Source of the DNA: Nitrososphaerales archaeon
GTDB lineage: Archaea > Thermoproteota > Nitrososphaeria > Nitrososphaerales > UBA213
DNA length: 64,000 nt
Direction: 5' to 3'
Assembly: GCA_965197925.1 (NCBI GenBank)
Contig: CBDAOC010000020.1
Location: forward strand, 992,001 to 1,056,000
The position numbers and the translations under genes were made by a program. The first letter of the stretch is position 1; every line of letters starts with the position of its first letter. Shown piece by piece: positions 1 through 10,746 of this stretch. The notes beneath the pieces are model-generated. The model did not search any database and had not been told where the DNA came from. It saw only the letters and a list, made by a program, of their open reading frames with translations.

Positions 1-48
1 ACATAACTTCATAAGCTTTTGATTCACCAACGATTATCCCTATTTCTT

Positions 49-894
49 TCATCGAAGCACCTCCCTTGACCCTATCTCATTCTTGAGCCCATAAATGCTT
101 ACTAGTCTCTCAAGGTCATCATCGGTTATCAAAGCGGTATGATGAGCAACCTTGAGCACATTTGGATAGCCAGAAACGCTTCCAAAGACAATTCGATCGA
201 TGGTTCTTTCGACTTCAGATTGAACAACTTCATAAGGAAATTCCAATTTTATCAAAGGTGTATAATCATTTAGTCGTGCATAAACGACCGCGATACGTTT
301 GCCGTAACCCTCTCCACCACGTTTTAGGTGATGTGGTTGACTATATCCAGATTTATTGCTAATATGATTGAAATAGTAAATGTCACCAACCTTACTATTC
401 ATAGAATCAAAAAGCTCTCTACTATCTGATGTCTTTGAAATAAAAATAATGTTTGGATATAGGTTTGTTAGATCAATGGCACCCTTTATGGCAGGACCAG
501 AGGCTATAGTGAATCTGGATATCAAGGAACCATCAATCAAGACAAGATCTGAACTCTTGGCTGCTTGGGCCGCCACGTTTGTTTCCATCTCCATCGATCT
601 TGCTACAAGTTGACGTTGGTCTATTATTTTTATTCTACTCTCATATTCTTTAGCCACGACATTCCCATGACCATTTACACTGACAGCATCTATAACGCAC
701 AAATGAAAACCTTGGAAACTTCTCTTATTGTAACTACTGTCGACTCCTACAATAGCGCATTCTCTTGGTGAGGGTTGATATTCTGTCCACAGCTCATCGG
801 CTCTTTCGAAAATGTCTTTGTTCAAATTTATAGATACAACGGAAGTCTCATGCTCACGATTTTTTATTGCATCCAAGTATATTTCGTGTAGCAC
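49..894 (-). CDS. nurA: DNA double-strand break repair nuclease NurA
   Basis: 281 aa; GVDSS, LVLIDGSL, ISKTSDS and GYPNVLKVAH motifs typical of NurA. Confidence 0.85.
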   Translation of the reverse strand: MLHEIYLDAIKNREHETSVVSINLNKDIFERADELWTEYQPSPRECAIVGVDSSYNKRSFQGFHLCVIDAVSVNGHGNVVAKEYESRIKIIDQRQLVARSMEMETNVAAQAAKSSDLVLIDGSLISRFTIASGPAIKGAIDLTNLYPNIIFISKTSDSRELFDSMNSKVGDIYYFNHISNKSGYSQPHHLKRGGEGYGKRIAVVYARLNDYTPLIKLEFPYEVVQSEVERTIDRIVFGSVSGYPNVLKVAHHTALITDDDLERLVSIYGLKNEIGSREVLR

Positions 895-929
895 AACCTA
901 GCAAATGAAAACAGCCTTAAATTGTTTTT

Positions 930-966
930 TAGTTCATATTATGTAGTTCATATTGTTTAGTTCATA
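930..966. repeat. Three direct repeats of TAGTTCATA with an exact 14-bp period, upstream of nurA
   Basis: Copies start at 930, 944 and 958. Confidence 0.7.
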
Positions 967-1235
967 AATGAAAGCTACATTCTGTTGTTATGGTTTTATG
1001 TAAACTGCATAAAATTTCTGATTGACTCAGGTGTCAAAGATCCTACTGATCTAAATCCAGTAATTTTATTGACCAAATACTTACTTCAATTAGTAAAAAG
1101 CAACGCAAGTAGCCTACTTCCATTTATTGCTAATTCCTATTTCATCGCCAGTTAGTTCAGGCACGATTAAGGTTTTTAGATTTTCTAATAGTAAAATTAA
1201 CCTAAAAAACATAACATCTAGTACTTTGAAATTGG

Positions 1236-1643
1236 TTAACCTACACGCATTTGTTTAAGTTCAAATGGTGGGATATTCATTGTTAGATACTCGTTTATCC
1301 TAAACTTAATATCATCCGCAGTAAGATCTTCCATGCTCGGAGAACCAACATCGAAGATAATCTTTTCTGGTTTGATCTGGACGTTTGTAACGACCAGGTC
1401 TGCATATTGATTGGTTAACTCATTGATCCAATACCTAATCTCAGCTGCTTTCAAGTCTGAAACATCCAATTCTATCTTTATTGATTTGAATTTTGCACTA
1501 CCTGAATATTCCTTCCCACTTTCTATGTTATAATCCTGAACACTTGCTCCATGTGCTTGCTTTGCATGTTCCAGCAATTCCTCTTCCTTCCCAAATTTGC
1601 TACCGCATTCACAATTAAATTTCTTCCCGAATAACCCCATCAT
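1236..1643 (-). CDS. C2H2-type zinc finger protein
   Basis: N-terminal CEC...F...L..HAKQAH motif; 135 aa. Confidence 0.65.
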   Translation of the reverse strand: MMGLFGKKFNCECGSKFGKEEELLEHAKQAHGASVQDYNIESGKEYSGSAKFKSIKIELDVSDLKAAEIRYWINELTNQYADLVVTNVQIKPEKIIFDVGSPSMEDLTADDIKFRINEYLTMNIPPFELKQMRVG

Positions 1644-1680
1644 TATAATACGACTTGAAACTAGTATAATAACCCTCTGG

Positions 1681-2214
1681 TTATGTTCGCCAATTACCTC
1701 TTTCTTTATATCTTTTTTCCATTAAATAAGATATTCCACCTGCAACCAACAGGATCATGCCTAAGATCACAATATATGATGGCATTCCTATAGCAATCAT
1801 GGGATCCGTACTACCTGAATATACATCCCCGCCCAGCGCAGCAGAAATCCTGATCATATCCCTAGGTGAGGAGTTATGGATGGTCATGGTATACAATCCC
1901 TCTTTTTTAGCGTCAAAATTATCTATAACAAAAGGGGCATCAAACTGTCTGCTAATGATCTGTATATCATCAGGGTCTTTGATTTCTATTCGGAGAACAC
2001 TGTCGCCTTGTTCGATTATCTCGATGGCATAAACACCACTAAAGTACTCTTCACCTTCTATACGCTCCCTTATCTCAACGGTTTCCCTAGGTCCTAGTGT
2101 ATACTCTTTATTCCTCATCTCTGAGATGGCAGACTGTGCAACTATCCCCAAAACTATGAGACCCCCCAATAGGATTATACCTCCACTAATTAGAACTATT
2201 ATACTTCTCTTCAT
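1681..2214 (-). CDS. Membrane protein with two TM helices flanking a beta-sandwich (GOLD-like) domain
   Basis: Hydrophobic N- and C-terminal segments; GLYTMTIHN strand pattern. Confidence 0.6.
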   Translation of the reverse strand: MKRSIIVLISGGIILLGGLIVLGIVAQSAISEMRNKEYTLGPRETVEIRERIEGEEYFSGVYAIEIIEQGDSVLRIEIKDPDDIQIISRQFDAPFVIDNFDAKKEGLYTMTIHNSSPRDMIRISAALGGDVYSGSTDPMIAIGMPSYIVILGMILLVAGGISYLMEKRYKERGNWRT

Positions 2215-2742
2215 CGTGGTTTTAAGACGGCGAGAGTTTATACGCTTTTCCGATGATCTTATTATGAAATTATTTCCTCAACTAGACTTACCATTGGTAG
2301 AATAGATTCCATTGTAGAGTTTAAGAGTAGATGTTATTGTTTAGTTTAAGAATAGATGGGAATGGGGTCGTATGTATGACTAGTCCCGGTGACGCGAAAG
2401 CCATTATAAACTTTAACAATAAAGCAGAATTTTTTTGTGGAAATATTTGCACTTTTAAATGCTACTGTGCACAGATGACTCTTTTTGAATCTCTAATGGA
2501 TTTGAGTTAGAGTGGTAATTAGTTTTCTTCTCTAATTACTGTAGTAAGTTATTGAATGTAATCCTACCAATAGATACCAATAAAGTTAACAAAAAAGGAT
2601 TATATCCATCAATGCTTGTGAGAGAATTATATTATTTGTTCATTTAACAAGCAGCAAACATCAGCTGGTTATTGTTTTATTAAAATCATCATATAGGATT
2701 GAGGAAGTATTTACAATATCTTACAAAAAGTGATCGTTATCC

Positions 2743-3747
2743 TTAGGTGTTTTGACCCTCATCAACGTTAAAGACCCCAATCCATCCTTTATCAGCAAAT
2801 TCATTTTGATGGGAATGGAACAGGTATTTCCCAGGATATTTATACGTAAATTCTATAACCGCTCTTTCTCCTTGGCTCATAGTTACCATATCTGTTATCT
2901 CGTAATGGGTCAAATTGGTCCCAGTCCGGAATAACTTGTATACATTGCCGTGAATATGGAAAGAATTAACTTGATCAAATTCTAGAATATTGATTAGATA
3001 AATTCTAATCTGTTTATTCATTTCTATTTCTATAGGGTGCTCCATGTGATAAAATGCTGGACCATTGACAGCATAGAAATTGTTCTCCTCGTCAAAGTCT
3101 GTATCAAATCCGTTCATTATGAATACCAATTCGTCAGCTGGTGCTCTTGGTGTTTTTGGGTCAACTATGAATGCACCGAAAAGGCCCCGATTGATATGTT
3201 CCGCAACGGGTGGCATATGGCAATGGTAAAGGAACAACCCAAAGGGTTCAGCAGTCCATTCATAAAGGAATCTACCTCCTGGGCCTATAATTTCGAAAAC
3301 ACCATCCATCTCGGCTGGATGTTCTCCGTGTAAATGTATCGTATGTGAGTGTTCTCCATTATTTATGAAATTGATCCTCATCAGATCCCCTTCTGTTGCA
3401 CGGATGGTAGGCCCAGGCACAGTTCCATTGTATGTCCATGCACTGAAGAAAATTCCAGGTGAAACTTCGATCTCAACATCTTCCACTATTATGGTAAAGT
3501 CTCTGACTGTGGTACCATCGGGTAATGTTGAAACGACTCCATAATTAAAATCACGGAGGAATTCGGTAGGGTCTACACTTAATTGGGTATAGCCATTTCC
3601 TACGGCAGATAACCTTATACTCTCTCCCTCATCGTTGTGTGAGGTTGTGGATGCAATAACGACTCCAGTAGCGATTGTTATTGCGACAGCTACGGTGATA
3701 ATGATTCTGGTTAGGATCGGACGAACTATCTGCACGACGATAACCAT
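2743..3747 (-). CDS. Two-domain multicopper oxidase with the T1 site in domain 1
   Basis: HTIHLHG, YHCH...H....L, FHIHG and FHSH copper motifs; N-terminal membrane anchor; TYNGTVPGPTIR. Confidence 0.9.
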   Translation of the reverse strand: MVIVVQIVRPILTRIIITVAVAITIATGVVIASTTSHNDEGESIRLSAVGNGYTQLSVDPTEFLRDFNYGVVSTLPDGTTVRDFTIIVEDVEIEVSPGIFFSAWTYNGTVPGPTIRATEGDLMRINFINNGEHSHTIHLHGEHPAEMDGVFEIIGPGGRFLYEWTAEPFGLFLYHCHMPPVAEHINRGLFGAFIVDPKTPRAPADELVFIMNGFDTDFDEENNFYAVNGPAFYHMEHPIEIEMNKQIRIYLINILEFDQVNSFHIHGNVYKLFRTGTNLTHYEITDMVTMSQGERAVIEFTYKYPGKYLFHSHQNEFADKGWIGVFNVDEGQNT

Positions 3748-4213
3748 ACAGAATTAGCATTATATAAATTTTTTAGCCAATGGAAAAATTATTGCAACAG
3801 ATTAACTTTAAATATAATACTTCCTATATTCATCATAAAATCACGAGCTACAGTGATATAATAGTTACAGAAAAGTCAAATTCTAATTTAGTTATAAATA
3901 TATACTTGGATAGAGGGATTTATTAAATCTCCAGAACCGGATAAACTTTACATATTCTAAGATCAAGGGATTCTAGTCAGGAAGAAGGCCTGTATCAAAT
4001 TGCATTGGTGATCTATGAACAAATGTTAATAGGGATGTTCCCATCCAAAAATGTCCTAATATGTTAATCCCCGTTGATTCGATAACTGATTTAATCATCG
4101 CAAATGTTCTAGTTTCAATTTCAGTAATTGCTCACAAAATGCTGAATAAAAATAATGGACCAGTTAATATGTTCAAGTTTTATATGCCAGAAATTCAGTT
4201 GTTATGGTAATTT

Positions 4214-5032
4214 ATGGTAAAAAATCTAACACCTCTTTTGCTAAGTTTATTTATTTTACTAATTTTACAAAGTCCCATTCTTATCGGAAGTTCCTACGGG
4301 CAAATTGTTAAAGGAGATCCAAATGGAATTGTAACAATAACACCAATGAGGATTTTTGAATTTGGATTAAAGATCGAGAAGGACACACAGGTGCAGTACA
4401 CCCTCGATGCAGATACCTTAATGTTATTTGATATTCACTCACATCAGGGAAATCAGATTATAACTCACCTAATGGATGAATCAAAAACATTTGAAGGTGT
4501 ATTTGTTGCACCTAAGGATGGTGATTATTATTTTCTAGCCATGAATCTTGCCGAAACAGATGCAACTCTACAATACAATATATTATTGAGACAGAATACT
4601 CTTCAACTTGAGTATCAAGATACAAAATTTAATATAAACACCTTATCAAATTCGGCGGTGGAGATCATTAGTTTTGACCCAGAACATAAACAAATCCTGA
4701 TCAGGGTGCATACACCTTACCTTACTCCTGGATTTGTGAATATTAGTATTCCAAGAATTTTACTGGATGGACCTTTTGAGCTACAAGGTAGCATGACGGA
4801 ATTGAGCTACTCGCAAGATGAATCCTCAACCGCATTCATCATCAATACTCCTCTAGGCATTCATGATGTAACGATAACTGGAACTACCGCAATACCGGAG
4901 ATTCCCTTCCCCGCTCTACTCTTGGCATTAACATTAACATCTTTTCTTTTTATTACAAGATTAAAATGGAAGAATAGAATATACCACTTGCTCGTGGCTA
5001 AAGAACACTTTTCAATAGCATCAATAACTTAG
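4214..5032 (+). CDS. PEF(G/P)-CTERM-like surface protein
   Basis: Signal peptide; ISIPRILLDG domain; C-terminal GTTAIPEIP + TM + basic tail; DIHSH motif. Confidence 0.7.
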   Translation: MVKNLTPLLLSLFILLILQSPILIGSSYGQIVKGDPNGIVTITPMRIFEFGLKIEKDTQVQYTLDADTLMLFDIHSHQGNQIITHLMDESKTFEGVFVAPKDGDYYFLAMNLAETDATLQYNILLRQNTLQLEYQDTKFNINTLSNSAVEIISFDPEHKQILIRVHTPYLTPGFVNISIPRILLDGPFELQGSMTELSYSQDESSTAFIINTPLGIHDVTITGTTAIPEIPFPALLLALTLTSFLFITRLKWKNRIYHLLVAKEHFSIASIT

Positions 5033-5326
5033 ATATAAAACATTTAGACCACGATTGTAATTCAATTTTATTCTCCGGTGAGGTTTGATTCTTACATCTT
5101 GTAAATGTACATCTAAAGCTTCATATCTTTGTCATTTTTCAATGTTGTTCATATTAATGTAGAAGGATTCACTTGTGGAGTCAGTTCTAATTCCATTTTA
5201 TTATGGAATTTAGGTATTAGTCTAATGCTGAAATTACTGTATTTGGATTATAGATCATAATAGTTTGTTCGATTTGTTGATCACATGGATTCTTATGACA
5301 GTTGTTAGTGCTGGTATCCCAAACAA

Positions 5327-5788
5327 CTAAACCGATTGGACCACCATCTGTCCCATATGTAAAGCGTGACCCTCGCCACAGAAGACAGTACAGTAGTAAG
5401 TGAATGTACCTGTTTTGTTAGCTATGAATTTTACAACAGTTTCTGCATTGGGGCTTATATGCCTGTCAGCTATTTCTGGATATCCATCCATGGCAAACCC
5501 ATGTGGTACATCATTACTCTTCAACCTAATCACCACTTCTTGACCTTCATAAACACTGATAGAACAATAGCTGAATCGCCATTGATATACATCCATAAAA
5601 ATCTCTATCACATCTTTATTTGGATCAGCCTTAAAGTCACCTTTGACACATTTGTCAGCATTCTGCAATCTTGGAGTGAGGATTTCATCAACTTGTTCAT
5701 TAGGCTGTAAAGAGGCGAGTGAGGTAAGTATTACTACAGCAACTACACTACCACCTACAATTGTTGTAATTCTCTTATTCACAACCAA
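5327..5788 (-). CDS. Membrane-anchored CuA cupredoxin (COX2/NosZ C-terminal-like)
   Basis: DVPHGF ... YYCTVFCGEGHALHM binuclear CuA motif. Confidence 0.85.
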   Translation of the reverse strand: MVVNKRITTIVGGSVVAVVILTSLASLQPNEQVDEILTPRLQNADKCVKGDFKADPNKDVIEIFMDVYQWRFSYCSISVYEGQEVVIRLKSNDVPHGFAMDGYPEIADRHISPNAETVVKFIANKTGTFTYYCTVFCGEGHALHMGQMVVQSV

Positions 5789-5878
5789 ACTTTACTTTTT
5801 TAGGCGTATAAATTGTATGCTTTCGTATTCGATAGATGTACCAAAAGGTTTTATTCAACTCAGAGGCTATTATTCATA

Positions 5879-6445
5879 ATGAATAAAGTATTATTCGGAT
5901 TAGCCGCTGTAACCATATTTTCTACAATCGTAGCTATATCATTTGCATCATTTGCAAAAAGTACAGAACCAGAGTCTGGACATAATGCTGTTACAGTCTT
6001 GCTAAATTACAAGAGGATTCCAGCAGGAGATTTTATACACTTGTATGATTCTACACCAATGCCTATCGCTCAAGGGCATTTTGCTGTAAAGGTAGATTGT
6101 AATGAAGACGGAGATGGTATTGCATCTATTGCGTTAGGGGCTGCTCCTAATATGGAGATCATAAAGCTAACAATGGACAACATGGTTCATGAGCTTTCTT
6201 CACATGGAGAGATGTGCATTTACCACGTAGATCTGCCACCTGAGCATGATCTGTTGGTCACTGATCTTGCAGTAATAAACACTAGTAGTAGTTCAATAAG
6301 GCTTGGTCCTACTGCTACAGCAGTGATTCATGTGCACTCGTTCGGTGATGCAATGGAGCATGGTGGAGAAATGCACGATGGCGAAGAGCATGAAGAAGAC
6401 GAGAATGAAGAAGGAATGACTCGACGTAAAAGTATCCAACGATGA
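5879..6445 (+). CDS. Secreted His/Cys-rich protein with a His/Glu-rich tail
   Basis: Start re-called at ATG 5879 (MNKVLF signal peptide); HLYD, GHF, CIYH motifs; acidic His tail. Confidence 0.7.
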   Translation: MNKVLFGLAAVTIFSTIVAISFASFAKSTEPESGHNAVTVLLNYKRIPAGDFIHLYDSTPMPIAQGHFAVKVDCNEDGDGIASIALGAAPNMEIIKLTMDNMVHELSSHGEMCIYHVDLPPEHDLLVTDLAVINTSSSSIRLGPTATAVIHVHSFGDAMEHGGEMHDGEEHEEDENEEGMTRRKSIQR

Positions 6446-6679
6446 ATTATTAAGGTATCATTGCATCAATAACTTACTTTTATTTTTATAATTAGTATTA
6501 ATAGTTAAATTTATTGAGATTCTTATCCAACTTGTCACAACGAGACGGAACTGATCAATTCTTAACAAGAATTATCATAATGCAAAGGATTCAAGGATGG
6601 AATCCATTAGTAGCCTCCATTATCTCAATATTAGTTTTTTTTACACAGGGTATTCCTACTTTGCAATCATTTACATGGA

Positions 6680-6920
6680 TTATCCCATAGAATAAATTGT
6701 GTTTGTTGCAAAAATTTTCCAATTGAGTCCATGTTTGAAAAAATCAACTCTACTTATGTTGCCAGAGATATGGAATATTGCAACAAGAATTATTGCAGTC
6801 TTGAAATCTACAAACAACAAAGCAATAGGAAGGAAAATAGTAGATGAACCAAATCCTGCCAACGTTTCAATTATTTCTGCCATAAATGCCGATAGAAAAA
6901 ATAGGAATTCTTATTCCATG
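6680..6920 (-). pseudogene. Fragment of a sulfite exporter TauE/SafE family gene
   Basis: AEIIETLAGFGSSTIFLP N-terminal motif; truncated after about 80 aa. Confidence 0.6.
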
Positions 6921-7019
6921 ATTTTTTGGTTGACGTTAAATCTTAAAATACTTTAGGCATACAGTGCTGTGATTTTGAAAGATTTCTCTTCTGAATACTT
7001 TCTTGCCGATTGCCAACCG

Positions 7020-7460
7020 ATCATTCCTGCTTCATCAATCTGTTATGTGGTTTCTTATTTCTCGATTCAATGCTTCCATGATAAGATTCTTTTCTGGTAA
7101 GCATTACCTATATTACCTTGGGCATGTTGATTGCTACAGCTATTATCTCCTTTAGGTCTCCCCATTCTGGAAGCAACTCTAGTGTAGATTAATTTTATCT
7201 TCTTATCATAGTTGAAAGCAATTCTAGCTGCCCTAATTACTATCCATCTTTTCATCCTTGAGCATTGTTTGGTTATTCTTCCAGTACACAATGTGTTACC
7301 TGACTGATGCAGCGAAGGGGTAAGACGTCCCCTGCTAGGAGATTCTTGTATTTACTGAATCTAGAAATATCAACAAATTCAGATCTGATTAACAATACTG
7401 AACAGACATCTATACAAGTCATATTCATTAATAATCTAACAGACCCGTATGGATGCATCA
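7020..7460 (-). mobile_element. IS110-family transposase relic (C-terminal part, frameshifted)
   Basis: Joined frames read SEFVDISRF...PSLHQSG...GRITKQ...RWIVIRAA...IAVA, matching the Transposase_20 pattern. Confidence 0.7.
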
Positions 7461-8033
7461 TTATATAAAATAAAAATTCAAAAAAAATAGGTACCAACTG
7501 AGCCCAAAACTTCGTCTAAAGGTAGTACAGGGAGGATATCCAAGTATGAAAGCTGAGAAGAGTCTACCAAAAGTTCCTGAAAGGACACTTCTTAATAGTG
7601 AGAGATTTTCATGCCTTGACCATGTAGACCAGAAGAGACATATTGATTCTGGCAAGAATTGTTGTGGAAATAATTTGCCTGGATGATGCTGCAAAATCAC
7701 AATACAACCATTTCAGCCACGGTGAAAACTGGAACTATCGAGAGTCGGGTGATAATCTATTAGAACTTAATTACAGTATGAATACCGACTGTTGGAAGTG
7801 TGAAATCCAAAGGCGATCAATTCAGTTCTTGAAAGAGTTTAAGGTCTGATTGTTACTGGGATGCACTATCACTATTTACAAAGAAAAACGAGTGTCAAAG
7901 GGTTAGCTTTCTTGGATCAAGAAATCTGCTTCAAATTATCCTAAATGATAGATTGAATCTGCTTGATAAAGCAATAGAACTGAAAATGGAGATATAGATA
8001 GAATAACTCTGATTGAAATAGATACTACTATAC

Positions 8034-8816
8034 TTAACGCTTCGAATTCTTACGGAACCAAAATACAAGTGCCACGATGGCACCTAGGATGACCACAACA
8101 GGTAAGTAGGTTGCGAGTTGTATTAACAGTGGATATTCTCTCGATGAACTCAAAATTCCAACTGTATCAGATTCTCCTACTACTATCATACCAGACATCC
8201 AGGGATGAATATTGCAGAAATAAGTGAAGGTGCCAATCTCTTCGAATGTATACGACCACTCTTCTCCTGCAGCGAATAAATCACTATTAAAAATTCCATC
8301 AGGTTCACCCAATTCTCCTTGTATGAACCCAAACCTTCCACTTGAATTACCGCTCGTAACAGTATGCTTTTCCCTATACTCATTTATCCATGTTACAGTA
8401 TCACCAATATTTACGTCAAGTCGAGATGGAATGTACCATTCTTCAGGCCTATCCTTAATCTGTGGGTCTAGTGAGGGGTCAGCTGCTCCATCTGGTATGA
8501 TTACAAATTTCTCTTCATCAACTTTATTGTTTATACCAATAATTCGTGCAGTAGCCATTCCCTCTTGATATGATATTGTTACGTTGGTCCCGCTTGGCAA
8601 ATCACAATTGGGAATAGTTTTTGGCTCAAATAGGTCAGTACTCTGCACTCCACAATTGCCACTAGTAGTGCCTATAATAATGACATCTTCTGTTATTGTC
8701 CCTCTTGAAAGGTTTGTTATAGGAAAAACAAAGACAGCTATGAATACAACTGTCCCACCTATAATGATAGCAAATAGTATGAGTAGGCTTCTGGTGCTAG
8801 CAAATTCGAATCCCAT
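8034..8816 (-). CDS. Type-1 blue copper (plastocyanin-like) membrane protein
   Basis: GDTVTWIN...HTVT...YFCNIHPWMSG; N- and C-terminal TM helices; start re-called at MGFEF. Confidence 0.85.
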   Translation of the reverse strand: MGFEFASTRSLLILFAIIIGGTVVFIAVFVFPITNLSRGTITEDVIIIGTTSGNCGVQSTDLFEPKTIPNCDLPSGTNVTISYQEGMATARIIGINNKVDEEKFVIIPDGAADPSLDPQIKDRPEEWYIPSRLDVNIGDTVTWINEYREKHTVTSGNSSGRFGFIQGELGEPDGIFNSDLFAAGEEWSYTFEEIGTFTYFCNIHPWMSGMIVVGESDTVGILSSSREYPLLIQLATYLPVVVILGAIVALVFWFRKNSKR

Positions 8817-8875
8817 CTGATTCCTAACTACAACGACAAATTTGTAACTTTCTATAATTAGACCATATTTCAAAA

Positions 8876-9000
8876 GGCTCTGTAGAATCTATACATTTTT
8901 AGCTCAATGTATATGGGATTGCAACGTGAGATCAATCTGTGAGATATATCTTATGCCTATACATGGAAGAATCACGATATGTCAAACTTACCAGAACCAA
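8876..9000 (+). mobile_element. Left-end relic of the GGCTCTGTAGAA-ended IS5-type element
   Basis: Aligns with 24171-24295 (TIR plus MEES/MKES-RYVKL start). Confidence 0.7.
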
Positions 9001-9009
9001 TAACTATTT

Positions 9010-10107
9010 GAGGCTTGGGCGTAATTTGGCTCGAAACGATAAGATCAGGTTCTAGTTTTTATTGTTGATATGTTTAGCTCAGACTCGATACTTCTTCGTA
9101 TATTATTTTTGATTGGTGTGATTCCTTGGGCAAAACCTCTTAAGAAGAGAGGTAAACCCTACTACTATTCTCCTACAGTAATGGTGAGATGCTTCATCGT
9201 TAGAGTGTGGCTAAGAATACCAAGCAATAATGTGTTACATCAATACTTTTCGATAGACATGCCATACAACAGGAGAGTTATGGAATCATGTGGTCTTGAT
9301 AGGTTGCCAGACAGAAGAACATTCGACAGAAGGTCAAGGCCATATCAATTGACATAAGATCAAGGATAGATGTTATGGGTATGCTCTTCATAAAAGATGG
9401 GTTGGTAGACCCAGCCATAATATCCGTTGATAGTTCCTTGTTGAAGGCAAAAGGACACGTATGGCACAAATCAAACATGAAGAAGAATGAAGTGCCACGC
9501 TCAGGTATAGATACAGATGCTCGATGGGGATTCAGCAGAACCAAGGGATGGATATTCGGATACAAGATGCATCTAGCATGTAGTACTGGTTCGTTGATAG
9601 TTCCATTATCAGCTGATTTCACAACAGCTAACATTACTGATAACAAGATGTATGAAAGCATAACATCTTCATTGCCTACAGGAATGGTAAGGTATGTTGT
9701 AGGAGATGAAGGATATGATGATCACAAGTTATGTGATTTCAGCAGGTATAGAGGGCATCTACTAATATTCCCATTGGAAAGGTACAAGCATACTACAGAT
9801 AATAATAGACTGGCATTGCTGCAGTTCTATAACTCTGAATATGGGCAGCATGTATATTCTCGGAGGAGCATAAGCGTTGAGCCATTGATAGAGCAGATAA
9901 AGGATGTATTTGATATAGACTCATTACCAGTTAGAGGATTTGATAAAGCTAGGAGCATCGTTCTGATTTCTATATTGCTATACCAGCTGATGGTATACTA
10001 CAACTACTTGACAGGAAGACCATTAAGGGCATTGAAGCACATGTTGGGAAGTTAATCAATCAGAGGCATCAAGTTATTTTTGTTATATGGAATAATGCCC
10101 ATGCCTC
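9010..10107 (+). mobile_element. IS element (DDE_Tnp_1-type transposase, frameshifted), copy 1
   Basis: Imperfect TIRs GAGGCTTGGGCGTAATT / AATAATGCCCATGCCTC; 8-bp TSD AACTATTT on both sides; SVDSS, GDEGYD and VEPLIE DDE motifs. Confidence 0.9.
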
Positions 10108-10192
10108 AACTATTTATGAAATCCTTGGTAATTATGGGTTAACTAGTCAAAATTGCATAGTTATTTATTTAGTTCCAATATTTAGCATCTTC

Positions 10193-10732
10193 ATGATGTG
10201 TAAGATTTATTCCAATTTGTTACTTATTGGTACAATGGTAATATTGACTGGAACGGAGCTTGCTTCGGCTCAGGAAGCTACCCTAGGTTTGGAAGGACCA
10301 ATTGTAACATCAACGGACAAGGATTCAATTGACGTAGAACTCTCCTGGTCCCCCACACCTTTAGAACCAGATCAGGAAACTAAAATGCATATTCGCTTCC
10401 TTCAAAAAGATAAGGGAATATTACAACAGCATGTAGATTATAAGATATTTATTGAGAAGGATGGAAGTGAAGTTTATAGAATACCTATTACACATACAAA
10501 TCCAGGGGAAGTTACAATACCTTACACCTTCACCACTACAGGTGATTTTCTGATAGGCATTGATGTTGAAGGCATACTCTTCCAACCCATCCCCAAAGAA
10601 ACTGCAACTTTTTCGATCCTAGTGGTGCCGGAATTCCCGGTTAGTGCAATTATTGTAATGAGTGTTGTTATAGCTTTTGTTGTTTTGTTGGCACGAGCGC
10701 AACCAATTATGAAACCTATATATAAAAACTGA
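10193..10732 (+). CDS. PEF-CTERM surface protein (single Ig/YtkA-like domain)
   Basis: Signal peptide; HVDY and THT motifs; C-terminal VVPEFP + TM. Confidence 0.8.
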   Translation: MMCKIYSNLLLIGTMVILTGTELASAQEATLGLEGPIVTSTDKDSIDVELSWSPTPLEPDQETKMHIRFLQKDKGILQQHVDYKIFIEKDGSEVYRIPITHTNPGEVTIPYTFTTTGDFLIGIDVEGILFQPIPKETATFSILVVPEFPVSAIIVMSVVIAFVVLLARAQPIMKPIYKN

Positions 10733-10746
10733 ATACCTTAGAAAAT

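Noticed and set aside
2743..3747. nirK assignment
   Set aside because: HxH motifs in both domains fit a trinuclear-cluster 2dMCO rather than nitrite reductase
5327..5788. coxB or nosZ gene call
   Set aside because: Only the CuA domain is present, with no subunit I or propeller domain
9278..9661. Antisense ORFs recurring in each IS copy (also 31162, 42872, 49446)
   Set aside because: They are shadows of the transposase frame and recur only because the IS is repeated
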